Below are positions 40,669-53,074 of a stretch of 64,000 bases of DNA, in pieces. The position numbers were made by a program, and so were the translations under genes. Source of the stretch: Lingula anatina (Eukaryota > Animalia > Brachiopoda); assembly GCA_051362555.1 (NCBI GenBank), contig CM120641.1:15500001-15564000 (forward strand), given 5' to 3'. Numbering within the stretch: the stretch's first letter is position 1; the number at the start of each line of letters is the position of its first letter. The notes under the pieces are model-generated. The model was not told where the DNA came from and did not search any database. It saw nothing but the letters and a program-made list of their open reading frames with translations.

Positions 40669-42539
40669 TTAAAGCCCATGACGTTCGTCAGATTCTGTGA
40701 GTGTAGCCAAATCGGACGGTTTTGGCGACTTCAAATCTTGGCGAAGTCGAAAGAAGAGTATCCCATTTAATATCAATGAGCATCCAAACAGAGCCCAGCC
40801 TGCCAACTGAAATATAATATTATATGAATGTTATAAATTAATCTAAATACACGTCTTTTGTGTAAGTTAGTTAGTTAGTTTTTTTTTTAACTGGGTGAGA
40901 CAAATTAAAGAGAGAGAGAGATTTATACCTGAGCGAAGTTCGTTATATCATAGAAATTAGATCCATCAACAGTATGCCAGTTGATATTTGTTTGAGCATC
41001 ACGGCACCTGGAAGTAAAATTCAAGACAAAAGACATACATGTATAAATAAGACATTCAATGCAAAGGTTGACAAATGGAAACACATTCCGACTCTATCCC
41101 TTCTGAATGTATCTATCAATCATCGGGTAAAGCCCATCCTCAACATACTCAAAATCTAACCTCTTCCAGGGCCACAGATTGATTTTTCACTAGATATTAA
41201 CAGATATGTCTCTGGTTTAATAGATGGTTTATCTCAGCAAATATGTCCACAATAATGACTGCGGCCCTGGTAAAGGGTACTCAAAATCTCATTTTATAAA
41301 GATAGATGACCACATTTTTCAGTCACTTTAAGGTTTTAGTGTTTATAACATGTACAACACGATTCTTCAGCTCTGTGCGGCATTCAATCTTGAGCGTAGT
41401 TTTATCGAGGCGCAGCTCTTGTATGTCGCATACAGTGGATGATGTGTCTTTTTTAACCGACTTACACCACGCCTGGTGCTTCGTACAATAGGATGAACGC
41501 ACCGAAGAGTATGAAAATACTGGTACAGGCAAGCCTGTATGCAAAATACAAGTCCAATTATCCTATTGTTTAAAAAAAAAACAGCCGTGGTAGGCCTATA
41601 AGGAAAGACAACAAAAACGGTTATTTGATCTGTACCTGCCACAGAGATCAGGAAGTTTAACAGTAAAATATAGGCCAAAGGAGGGACAAAAGAGTCAAAT
41701 TTAAAATTATCATAACATTAACAAAGAAAAAATAGACCATAATTTTTGAGTAACTCACGTTGGAGCGATGTTCCGGTTGGAGGTGATAGCTTCACAGAAT
41801 ACAGCCAGTCCTGCGCTGATAACTATCGCACATGCCAACAGCAGTATAGTTTTTAAAACGCTAAACACAGCTGGTATCAAGGTCACAATGTCCTGCCTAA
41901 AATATTTCAACAATTTTGATTTTTTGTCGTAGGGTATATGTATATGCAGAAACGCTAATACATGTACTCTGAACACTTTATTTATCAAAGATAGATACTA
42001 AACACAGCTGGTATCAAGGTCACAATGTCCTGCCTAAAATATTTCAACAATTTTGATTTTTTGTCGTAGGGTATATGTATATGCAGAAACGCTAATAGAT
42101 GTACTCTGAACACTTTATTTATCAAAGATAGATACTCCTGTTTCACATGTGGTTATTCAAATAAAGTAACACATGGATCATCGTGGTTAAGATTTCACAC
42201 AGTTACGGTGACGAGTTAAATAGGCCTATATCAATTCACTCACCCTTGTCTACTCTTCGATAGTAAAGTATACATGCAGTAGATTAACATGAGCATTGCA
42301 TTGACAGCGCTCAAGGCGGATGTAATGGAGACAAAACTACACGGTGTGTGTGTAGACGTTTGGGAGACCCATCTAAATATCCAATGACCTTCGTGATACC
42401 ACTTTCCAGAGGCAAACAGCAAACAACGCCCATTCCATTTTATCTGTGTGATCCCTATAGAAAGGGAAACACAGGCGCTTCCTGTGAAGACAAGGAAGTA
42501 AGTGACTGCAAGTAATATAAGTGTCACCCTAACCGCCAT
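40669..42539 (-). CDS. TMEM179: TMEM179-like four-TM protein, copy C (subtype 1), ~216 aa
   Basis: Exons 42539-42244, 41896-41759, 41007-40929 and 40806-40669 are in frame: MAVRVTLILL...GRCLLFASGKW...PCSF...GLAVFCEAIT...TCRDAQ...NFYDITNFAQLAGW. The Cys pattern and hydrophobic segments resemble TMEM179/179B. Confidence 0.82.
41157..41279. mobile_element. ~125-bp MITE-like inverted-repeat element in intron 2 of copy C (also ~61112-61234 in copy E)
   Basis: Inverted ends ACCTCTTCCAGGGCCACAG...CTGCGGCCCTGGTAAAGGGT. Confidence 0.5.
41861..42134. repeat. 137-bp tandem duplication spanning the exon-2 acceptor of copy C
   Basis: 41861-41997 is repeated at 41998-42134 (one mismatch seen); single copy in E. 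Confidence 0.9.
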
Positions 42540-43728
42540 TTCGGGTGTTTTTCTGGGGGCGTCTGTTCTTGTTGGATATACTAACAAAGTAAATGTTAAT
42601 GTAGGTCAATCCATATTCAGCTAGGGTCGCAACTCTATTTATTGCAGTAGCGGAGATTGTTAGTGAGAGAACATGGATGTGTAATGTTGTTCAGAATGTT
42701 CAGTTGCGGGTAACGATTAGTATTAATTACAATAAGAGTCGTCCATTGTATACGATATACAAGAGTATAATTATCGAGGCGCAGCCGAGATATTTGCACT
42801 CTTGTATGTCGCATAGACAAGTAGCATAGACAAGTAGTTGTAACTGCCTTGTCAAGCTTTGGCCAGCCCACAGGAGCAGTAGCCTACCCAATTAAACCAC
42901 TACATACATGTATAACACATTGCAGCAGTGCAACGTGGTAGTCAGGTAACTAGTAGCGACACACCTGACCACACACTTCTCCATTTATATATTTTATATG
43001 AGATCTGAGTTTTTTTGGGGGGAAAAAAAGCATTTTTACCTAGGCGTACCATTGAAACTGAAATATTCCATATTAAATGTCAAGTCTGTATATTTACTCG
43101 AAAAATGAAATGTTCAATAACTTTTATATCTCTTTTTATTTATTGCTTTAATGAATTTCACTCACTCATTCTTCCCTTTCATTATCAGTAAAAAGTCATT
43201 TTGCCTACTATTTGATTTTTTTCTTTTTTCTTTGATAGATTTTTACAAAAAAATTTATTTAACACAACTAATATGAAATATTTGGTATTGATAGGATGCT
43301 ATTTTATCAGAAATGACATATATTTATATTTCTTTGTTATTATTATTATTTTCCACGCATTTTTGTGACGAAATTGGGGATAATGTCGCATCCCAAGCGT
43401 CCGCCAATTAGTGCTTATGATTTTTTCACTGCCTCCACCTAGATCTTTAGAGGAAAATGAAATTATATGGATTGATTGGCCTATCATTATAGGATTGTTC
43501 ATAGACACTTTGGAACTTTGGTGTGTCTGAGCCTAGGACTGTTCCTTGTTTGGGTGATTCCATTGTTATCCACATTGAAATTTTGCACTATCTTCCGAGA
43601 CATTTGGCTTCATTGAGTGAAGAACTTAAACTTAACTAAAAAATTTCGAGATTGATAGAGTTGTACATGGGTTCTTCTGAATTTTAGTGACGTAGGGGTT
43701 TAGCTCTCCCTGGAGGAGTAACTGATCC

Positions 43729-43761
<33 letters not shown>

Positions 43762-44695
43762 TAATTTCTGATCTCATCTTAGAACGATAACAATAAAACC
43801 TGAAAATTTCGTAAAGCATTTTAATTCAATCTCGAATAAATGAATAAATGTTACAGTAGACATACAGAATTAACAAACAAACAAACAAACAAACGAACCG
43901 TAAAAGAGATTAACATACTATCAAGCCCTTGGATACAAAATGGGAATTCATCTTTAATCATTAAAATCGAATGTGCGAGAGAGATACATTACTTCAACTG
44001 CTTGAGCTGTTTTAATCTTCTTTATAATGCAAATTTTTCGGCCGAGGTCTATCTATATGTATCTATAAAGCCATTACCGACGTTCTTCAGTTCTTCCGCA
44101 TGTGTAAAGTAATGGAATAGCTATTGCAAATGACGTACACGTATAGAAAATGAAAAAGCAAGGATTTTGGCATGTAACCGTCAGTGCTTCGCTTCAGCCA
44201 CATGTAATTATCGTCTCGATAATGTATCAATGCATTTGTACTAAATGTAATCTTATTCCTTTAAAATTCTAACTGTTTGAAAAATAGAAATTTGAACTTT
44301 TGGGCACTTTTATACACCTTACATGCATTAAATACCCATTTATTTACGTATAAAAACATCCAAAACAAAGTTTTTGGACCAAAACAAAGTTTTGGATCCT
44401 AATCTAATGCACAATCTACATGAAAGCCACACAACTCAAGCTTTATACTATCAGCTAGTGTAAAGGTCTGGTCATGGGCCTTCTGGGTCTATTGGGTCTT
44501 TTAAAAATATGTTGGGTAATAATCATATAGTGGTAAACATCACGGAAACACGTGAAACGGAACCTAAGGAAGCATCTCCTCTCAGACGCGAAAACTTCCT
44601 CTTCCACGATAGTTGGACCTAAAGGAACACATTATAACAAGTATCCTACATTGTCTTCAATATTGGTTGAAGTCATATTTCAGCCCCTTAAACAT

Positions 44696-47600
44696 CTATG
44701 AAGCCTGGGGTTTATACCATTCCCTCTCCTTTGGTGGCCTTTGGATTATGTAAGACGATCTTCTCGACTTGTGCTCTTGGTGAAGTCGGAATATAAGCAC
44801 TCCACTTAATGCCAAAGAGCATACAAACAGAGCCCAGCTTGCGCACTGAAAATAATTTGTATTAAGTTATATCAATAAATTCAAATGTGTCATTTTAATT
44901 GTTGTGACACAGGAATTATTTTAATAATAAACACTTCTGCATCAATGAAAATAATAAATGCGACTTTTTACCGTGTAGATGCGCCCTTAAAAAATGGGGT
45001 CATGTCGATACTCCCCCGCGCCGATACTCCCCCTCACCAATAATCTCCCTTACTAAATTTTTGTATGTTATGCGCTACGAAACGACCCCACAACGATAGA
45101 TCCCCGCATCGATACAGCCCCGGTAAAATTGCCGATGTAGGCGCACCGTTACTCCCCCACACCGATACTCCCCCACATCATTGCTTCCCCTCATCGATGG
45201 TGCGGCAGCCCGGGAGCCACCGGTCTGCCGCTAGGTGGCTTTTAACCAAACCGGAAGTTCTAGAATTTGAATTGCGTGCATTTTTTTTAGATTTATAGGG
45301 TGTCAGAAACGGTAGAATATCTCGACTACTAAGGGTATGAGAGTTTTGTTATGTATACTGTCATCTTTAGAAATAAATTTCAAATGATGTGAGATGTTCC
45401 TCGAGTTGATCTAAACCCTATTTTGTGTTCAAAAGTGAATTTGAAATCGAAGTTTTACCAAAGCTGTAACGGGAGTTCAACTTTACCTCTAATGCTTGCA
45501 TTTTTAGAGAACAGGTTCCAACTTCAAATTATCAGTAAGTTGTGGCAAATTTATTCAGCTTTCTGTCAATGTAAGCATGTAAGGAACTTTACCGTTATCC
45601 AGGAATGGCACAAATCAATTCACACCCGTGTATGTAAAAAAAATCGTACTTGCAACAACCGTAAGGCAGCCTCGTTTTGACTTAGTACATTCTAGTTGTA
45701 ATCTAACCTCGTTTTGAATTCCCCACCCGCACAATATTGTCTATATAGAGAAGAGAAGCTTGCACAGGAAGAATGGAGGAAATATGAAAATACAAACATT
45801 TCTTTTTTATTTTGTAAATAAACATTTATCTATTACATGAGGCCACCCGCTGCCAGTTTCTTTTTATTGAAATAATAATAAAAACAAAACAAACAAGACT
45901 TTTTTATCAATTTAATTTGCTTTTTTTTGTTACATATGAACCACTATAAAACATTTAAAACATAATATCATCAACAAAAATATCAATATTGTGAAAGCCA
46001 ACATGGATTAAAGCTGATGCAAATATACATGTATATTTGTGGCAAAAATTATTTTTTACTTTATTAATTTACCTGGGATCAGAAATTTATTTCACTGATA
46101 CCAGTTAGTCCTGTACCAGTCTATATTTTCATTTGAATTTATTTCTGTAAGTGTCATAGTGGTGATTTCACAGCCAAACTTCATTTAAAAACTTTCACAT
46201 TTAATGATGTTACATGAATCTGTTAATGTATTTTATTCATTAGAAAGAACTGTAACCAAGTTTTAAAAGAATGTTTTCAGTTTTAAAAGGATTAAATAGC
46301 TTTATTTATGGCTTCATGATAGCTGCTTGAGCTTCTGTCATAATTGCCAAGGAATGGCAAAATGATTAATCCTGGTCCCTTTCATGTTCTTCAAGCCTAG
46401 AAAAATATTAGATTAAAACATTTAAAATATTTAAAAACTAACATTCAAAAACACTTTTCTAACTGCATATATCTTTACACACACACAACAACAACAACAC
46501 ACACTAAAATCAGTATAAATAATAAACCACAATCTTGATAATAGGGAAGCTGGTATCAATCGAATTATCTAAAACAGTACTCTAAAAGTGTATCAATATT
46601 GATCAATGAGCTCATCATCAAGAGCTGAGCAGTGGCAAACATGCTAATCTTCAAATCAATAAAATTCCCATTTAAATGAAGCTCTGAAGTCTACAAACTA
46701 CAGTGTTCACAACTATAATACACTAATTATTGTACTGGTACACAATATTTATAAGTTAAAACAAAGGAGGAATTTTGTTAATATAATGTTCTTTTTTTCA
46801 TGAAACATTTTTCCCTCACATACTTATAACCTATGTGTTTGTGTGTGTGGGAGATTTTAAACAAAAATAAACTGTTCCTTCGAACAAAAATTTGCCTATG
46901 ATGGCTATCACAATTTGAAAACATATACACAATGTTATAGCACTTGGCATTTTATGATGCACAGTATGCACATATGTATTGCAAATGGTCAACAAATGGG
47001 GGTAAAAAATGTAATAAAACTTATTTTGACTAACAAGTTTTCCCCCATATTGATATCGTACATTTGTACCCTGCCAAAGGGGCAAACATGTTAAAAGTCA
47101 AAATTTGTTATTCATATTTTTAAAAGATGCTTGTGGTTGGTTTTCAATTTTGTATCTTTCACAACTATAATTTACAAGCATGTGTGGCCCCACACTCATA
47201 CCATGCACACACATGCAGGGCAGATAACACTGCTTTTCACTGACATCAACATCCAACAACTATAAATCGACTTTCCCACACCTTGGACAGGGATCACAAG
47301 GAAAACACATGGGTAAATGTCCTAGCTAAGCTTTCTCTTGGGCATGATATATTATTCACTTTATGATAAAATAAAAAAATATGTTCAAGTGATATATACC
47401 AACAAATTGATATGAAAAGCTACTCACTACTTGGCAATGTACATGTATATTCAGCTTTGTAACACTGACATCTTAATTGTTATAATTGTTTTTTGGGCAC
47501 TCTTGTACATGATAATAATAAATAACTGATAAATATTTTTTATCAGTTTATACAAGTTTCACTCCTTTTTCATGGAAATTTCAAAATATTACTTTATTTT

Positions 47601-50062
47601 TGTTTTTTTTTTTTTTTGTTTTTTTCATCTTACTTAAATCAAAATGCAAAGAAATAGCATGAAAAGGAATATGCAGAATATCTAAAAAATGGCTTTCATA
47701 TCCTCAAAAGTGACCTATCCCCCTCTCATTATATATCTATCTATACAGAATCAAGTATACTACATGTCATTTTGCAAGCCATTTCTATTAATAAACAAAC
47801 AAGCACAAAAAAAAGCATAAGAAGGCAAATACTCAATATTTTATTGTGACATTCATACAAGACATGAGGCAAGACTGCCCCCACATTCACTCTACTGTGA
47901 TCGCCCCAACCACACACACTGTCATTTCATGAAGTATTTAATCTAGTTAACTTCAAAACACAAAAAAATTGCATGAAAATGCAAAAATTCAATATTTAAC
48001 TACGACATTCATTCAAGATGTAACACAAGACTGCCCATGTAGTTACACTGAACATTGCAAAATATACTACCTGTCGGAAATGTAGAAAATCAATAAGTTA
48101 CAGGTTAGGTTCCTACCTAAATTTTTTACCTGTTCAAAATCAAATGTCAAACTATTAAAAAAACTGAACAGATAAAGAAAAATCACTGTTATCTGCATTT
48201 GGCACAATTCAAAAGAACGTGTTTACATTTGGGTTCTGTGTGCCGCCATTTTGGAACACGACAGTAACTTGTCAGAAGATTCAGTGAAACCGATACTTAA
48301 ACACTACTTTGGTATATAAAACATAGCTTGAGAATATACTTTATCGTTCTGTCAAGTGCATTAGTAAAATTATCAACATGTCAGCGTATAAACGTCTGTA
48401 CATCTTACCTGTCTCTATGCCTGCTTCTCCCGCCAAATCTGTGTAGGCCGCCGCTTCAGGTTTTGAAAACGAGGCCAAATCTAAAGTTCTCCAAAATAAC
48501 CGTCATATGAGCCGGTGGCTCCCGGGCTGCGGGGGAGTATCGGTGCGGGAAGTATTGGTGCGGGGATGTACCGGTGCAGGGGAGTATCGGCGTATAGGGA
48601 TGTTGCAATTGGTCACAGCTTGCATCGCATGCATACACATAGTCAGAAAGTAACAAAATTTGTTTATACATACAATAACATAACATTGTAGCGATGTAAA
48701 CCTTTGTAAATAAAGGTTGGACCAATTGCAAGTCTTAAAATTGTATCGAAAAAGTATCAAAGAGTCAAATGCCACATTCTTAGTTTATTTCTGGGAAATA
48801 TAAGGCTGCAGCCAGTGTACTGTGTAGGGGGGACATGTCTTATATAGAAGAAGTAATATGTTATATGACTGTAAAATAAATTTGATATACATATCCCGTG
48901 TTTGCAGACACTGTCATATATGGTTAATATACATGCAAGGTTAAGAGCTTCTTTTTCTTAAATAGCCAAAATTTTCTTTCAGCCTTTTCTACTGAGAGAG
49001 AAAGAGATACCTGGGCGAAGTTCGTTATATCATAGAAATTAGACCCATCCATGCCAATCCATTTGATATGTGTTTGAGCATCACGGCACCTGAAATTCAA
49101 ATAAATATATATATATATATTCCACTCCCCAGAGGCAAATAGAATGCATCTACCATTCCATTTTATCTGTATGGCCCCTACAGAGATTGAAACACACGCG
49201 CTCCCTATGAATATGAGGAAATAAATAACTGTCAGTAATATAAGCGTCACTATATATATATAACAGGCATATAACATGAAAACAAACCACGACTCCATCA
49301 CATGTAATGCCTTAGGCCAAATTGTGAAATAACATGGTAAAAATACAGAATAATTGTCAAATTCTTAAATTACGATAAAAAGGAAAGAAAGGTTTTCGTA
49401 ACCTCTGATAAGGATTACTTACGTCGGATAGACGTTCCCTTTGGAGGTGATGTCTTCACAGAACACAGCTAGTCCTGCGCTGATAACAATCGCACAAGCT
49501 AACATCAGTGTTGTTGAAGATGTGCTACACACAGTCGGTGCCAGGTTCGTGATGTCCTTCCTACAACATTTAAATTATTTTGATGATTTTTGTAATACGC
49601 GGCGAGTTCATACATTGTGCAGTTTATTTTCATCAAAATTACATGCATGTTAATCTAGATTTTATGTATATAGGGCCTAAATAAATAAAGTAGTGCGACG
49701 TACAAAAGTGCTCATCATTATAGCTCATTAAATTTTACATGCAGTTATTATTGTGACTAGGTTTTTACTCACCCTTGTCTGCTTTTGGCCCGCAACGTAT
49801 ACATGCAATAGATAAACATGATCAACGCATGGAAAGAGGTCAGGGCGCACGCAATGGAGACAAAATTACACAGAGGCGTGTGTGCGTACGTTTCGGAGGT
49901 GAATCCAAATACTGAACCTGTCCACTCCCCAGAGGCAAATAGAATGCATCTACCATTCCATATTATCTGTATGGTCCCTACAGAGACTGAAACACACGCG
50001 CTCCCTATGAATATGAGGAAATAAATAACTGTCAGTAATATAAGTGCCACTCTAACCGCCAT
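44696..50062 (-). CDS. TMEM179: TMEM179-like four-TM protein, copy D (subtype 2), ~218 aa; last intron expanded to ~4.2 kb
   Basis: Exons 50062-49773, 49560-49423, 49089-49011 and a diverged last exon 44845-44696 (CASWALFVCSLALSGVLIFRLHQE...). Phases 2/2/0 match the other copies. Confidence 0.72.
44996..48600. mobile_element. Probable ~3.6-kb non-autonomous DNA transposon (foldback-like ends) in the last intron of copy D; ends approximate
   Basis: Perfect 19-bp inverted pair GCAGCCCGGGAGCCACCGG (45205-45223 and 48512-48530), each with outward arrays of ~17-bp CCGATACTCCCC-type units in inverted orientation. AT-rich interior with no long ORF. The homologous intron in the other copies is under 200 bp. 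Confidence 0.65.
49121..49250 (-). pseudogene. 130-bp TMEM179-like exon-1 fragment inserted in a (TA)n tract of copy D intron 2
   Basis: Encodes VTLILLTVIYFLIFIGSACVSISVGAIQIKWNGRCILFASGEW; flanked on both sides by TATATA; absent from copy B intron 2. Confidence 0.85.
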
Positions 50063-50674
50063 TTTGTCTGTCTGTATTTTTTTTTTTAATTTTTTTTTTT
50101 TTTTTTTTTTGGGGGGGGGGGGTGCATGTTTACGGTAATGACTCATTTCAATGGGGGAAATTACCAATGCCTTAAATACATAATTTTCGAATCATAAAAA
50201 ATCTGCCTTTATATTAAGCATTTCTAGTGTTTTTACTGTAGAACTACAGGGTAACCTGCTATCGCTCAGTTGAAATGTTCTAAATTTAATTAAGAATTTA
50301 TGGCTTAAAAGTTACAGTATAGGTTCATATGTAAAATTCACAAATTTTACATTCGAAATGATCGATTTATTACCGTTTTAGTTGGTCGGTGCAGTCACAT
50401 GCAGAAATGTTCCACACCTAACACAAGTCTCAGTAGACAGTTGGACGATGTCGGAATTTATCTTATTTATTTTAACTTATTTATTTGTTGGTACTGCATG
50501 TAAGGATTTTAAACACATTTAAATCTTACATTTTTAATAAGTGTGACGCGTGGTGACATAAATTTAATATGCCTATGTGCGTAGATAGATTCGATGGTTT
50601 ATAGGGAAAAAGTGAAATGAAAATAAAAAATAACTGATAGGTTAAATCAGTAGTTAACTGAGCATAATTTATTT

Positions 50675-50955
50675 TATGTAGCCAAATGTTAACAAGCACA
50701 ACGAAGCTCTGTTTTTGCTCCAAAGTAAATAAGAAAAGTCCATATGATTGATAATTGTCATTTATTAATGACGAAGCTAATAAAATACGTAGTTACAAAA
50801 CTGGGGAGATAATATAACATCTCCCCAACTATATAAGTGCCATAATATAAAATTAATAAAGTGTAATAAGTGTAACCAAATTAATGAAGAAAATTATAAG
50901 TAATAACAACAGCTTAAGGAGCAAAAAGTTGGCACAAATAAAAATAAAAAGGCCA
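50675..50955 (-). repeat. Split direct repeat B2 (281 bp), 3' end of the Ngaro element
   Basis: No differences seen by eye versus 51481-51761. Confidence 0.93.
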
Positions 50956-51032
50956 AATTATAAGAAATAACAACAGCTGTAAGAGCCAAAGGCTGGCATA
51001 AATGAAAATCAAAGGCTTCAACAAATGCAAAA

Positions 51033-51076
<44 letters not shown>

Positions 51077-51111
51077 ACAACACAAGGCAGGTGACAGGGG
51101 ATGGCGGAGGG

Positions 51112-51480
51112 TGTAAAATTAAAATAAAGAAACGCAAGAAATTATAATACTCTGAAGCTGCTGAAATTGCGTGTACATATCATCGCAGCTAAAAGGCTGA
51201 ATGACTTCTCGCTGATGCAGCTCGCAAGAAGTAGTTTCCTAAAACTCATATAAAATTAACTGTGTGCCTGGATACACAGCAGCTAAGACAATTTGACCCT
51301 GGACATCTGTTATCACCTTGCCTTGGTCAACTACTTAAGATCAAAATGTGCAGACACAAGACCTAAACCCAGACTACTTCCTATAAACAAAGCGTAGATG
51401 GATTACCAACAAAGCTATTACCACCACTAAAAACAAACCATTTCCTACATAAATACAATTAATTATCTTAATTGTAGTTT
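51112..51480 (-). repeat. Split direct repeat A2 (369 bp)
   Basis: Copy of 56924-57292; directly abuts B1. Confidence 0.93.
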
Positions 51481-51761
51481 TATGTAGCCAAATGTTAACA
51501 AGCACAACGAAGCTCTGTTTTTGCTCCAAAGTAAATAAGAAAAGTCCATATGATTGATAATTGTCATTTATTAATGACGAAGCTAATAAAATACGTAGTT
51601 ACAAAACTGGGGAGATAATATAACATCTCCCCAACTATATAAGTGCCATAATATAAAATTAATAAAGTGTAATAAGTGTAACCAAATTAATGAAGAAAAT
51701 TATAAGTAATAACAACAGCTTAAGGAGCAAAAAGTTGGCACAAATAAAAATAAAAAGGCCA
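51481..51761 (-). repeat. Split direct repeat B1 (281 bp)
   Basis: Copy of 50675-50955. Confidence 0.93.
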
Positions 51762-52015
51762 TAAGATGTGAGAGAAGCTCACATCCCCGCCAACCGAGGA
51801 GTGCTTGTTAAAGATTGGAATGATAAACCACATTCGATCTGACATCTGAACTATGTGCTACTAAATAAAAATTTAGTGTGTAACTGCAAATCCACATCCT
51901 AGAAAGAAAAGGTACAGTTGATTGGGGGGAAGGAATAGAAACTGGCAACCATGAATAAAAATAGGGGAACCCAATAGGGTAAAAGGTAATAAAATGGTGA
52001 CCCATCCCGTTAACA

Positions 52016-52046
<31 letters not shown>

Positions 52047-52165
52047 ATAAAATACAAAAAAATTATGAAAAACAAGACCGTCTATATCTCTAAAGGAGAA
52101 ACTACATGTCCAGGTGTAAATAAGCGGACACACATACATAGATAAATACATATAGATATATATGC

Positions 52166-53074
52166 TTACAGGTTAAAAGAATTAATGCGGATATATTTTT
52201 GCATGGCGTTGGAATGCCAACGACCAAGTGTTTGAATAAGGGATTCGGAATATCCCAATTGGGCAGCATACGTGGCTGCCCCAATCCGAAAGCTATGGCC
52301 TTTATAACGGCTGATATCCAATCCCGCAAAAGCAAGGGCTTTAGATAATTCTGAGGTAACGTATGAATAAGTGACCGGCGCTCCATCAATAAACTGAAAG
52401 AAAGGACCAAAAGTATGCGTAAACATTTTTTGATAATGTATCAAGGCTTGAACCGGGCAAAGTACAGGGTGAGATGTACCTGTCAGAATGATAGTTAAGG
52501 GTTCATTTCCCTTCTGAGTTTTATGATGCCGGAAGGTTAAATGGGCTTTTGGGGGATCTGTGACTAAATGAAAGGATACGTCTTGAACTTGGAGCACCTG
52601 TGACGATTCATTGCGTGTTTTAACTGTGATTTCTCCCAAGCGAAGAAAGGCATGAAAACTGACTAAAAAAATAGCTTTCAATAGTATTCGATTGATGGCC
52701 GAAGGCACCGTTTTTTCCATAGAAAAGACGATTTTTAATAAAATATCTCTAGTAATGGGTAAGCGGGCGTCCTTGGAAGGGAGCACTTTGTGACACCCCT
52801 GTAACAATTTCCGCACTAGAAACAATTGAGTAGGGTCAAACACATTCATTAATTTGTGTAGGTAGCTAATAGCTGAAATGTGAGATACAATAGAGCTAGC
52901 ACTATATTGTTGTTCGTAAAGAAACCCAATAAAATTACAAATGTCTTGTAGAGTCAATGGCAAAGTAGAGGAGGTAGGGTTATTGTAAAGGAAAAGCCTC
53001 CAGGAACGCTTGTAAGCTGTTCGTGTACCCTCTGACAATGAAGCTTGCAAAAGTAGTTGAGTGGTGGGAGTCAA
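52166..53074 (-). CDS. Ngaro tyrosine recombinase (phage-integrase family); no in-frame AUG at its 5' end
   Basis: N-terminal core-binding-like region (T..AY.R.W..F) and catalytic R-K-H-R-W-Y set: FLRLGE, HHKT, CPV, GHSFRIGAAT, LGRWHS, KYIR. Confidence 0.95.
   Translation of the reverse strand: MTPTTQLLLQASLSEGTRTAYKRSWRLFLYNNPTSSTLPLTLQDICNFIGFLYEQQYSASSIVSHISAISYLHKLMNVFDPTQLFLVRKLLQGCHKVLPSKDARLPITRDILLKIVFSMEKTVPSAINRILLKAIFLVSFHAFLRLGEITVKTRNESSQVLQVQDVSFHLVTDPPKAHLTFRHHKTQKGNEPLTIILTGTSHPVLCPVQALIHYQKMFTHTFGPFFQFIDGAPVTYSYVTSELSKALAFAGLDISRYKGHSFRIGAATYAAQLGYSESLIQTLGRWHSNAMQKYIRINSFNL

Larger units (their letters stand above)
36548..44160. repeat. Segmental duplication, unit 1 (copy B exon 1 through copy C and its flank)
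   Basis: Near-identical by eye to 49773-50674 joined to 57293-64000; differences are mostly SNPs, microsatellite lengths and small indels. Offset is ~13.2 kb before the Ngaro insertion and ~19.9 kb after it. Confidence 0.9.

Noticed and set aside
48924-49301. 125-aa ORF as an independent TMEM179-like gene
   Set aside because: It is a chance in-frame read-through of intron, inserted exon-1 fragment and exon 3; the AG before the fragment has no pyrimidine tract and is out of phase with exon 2.
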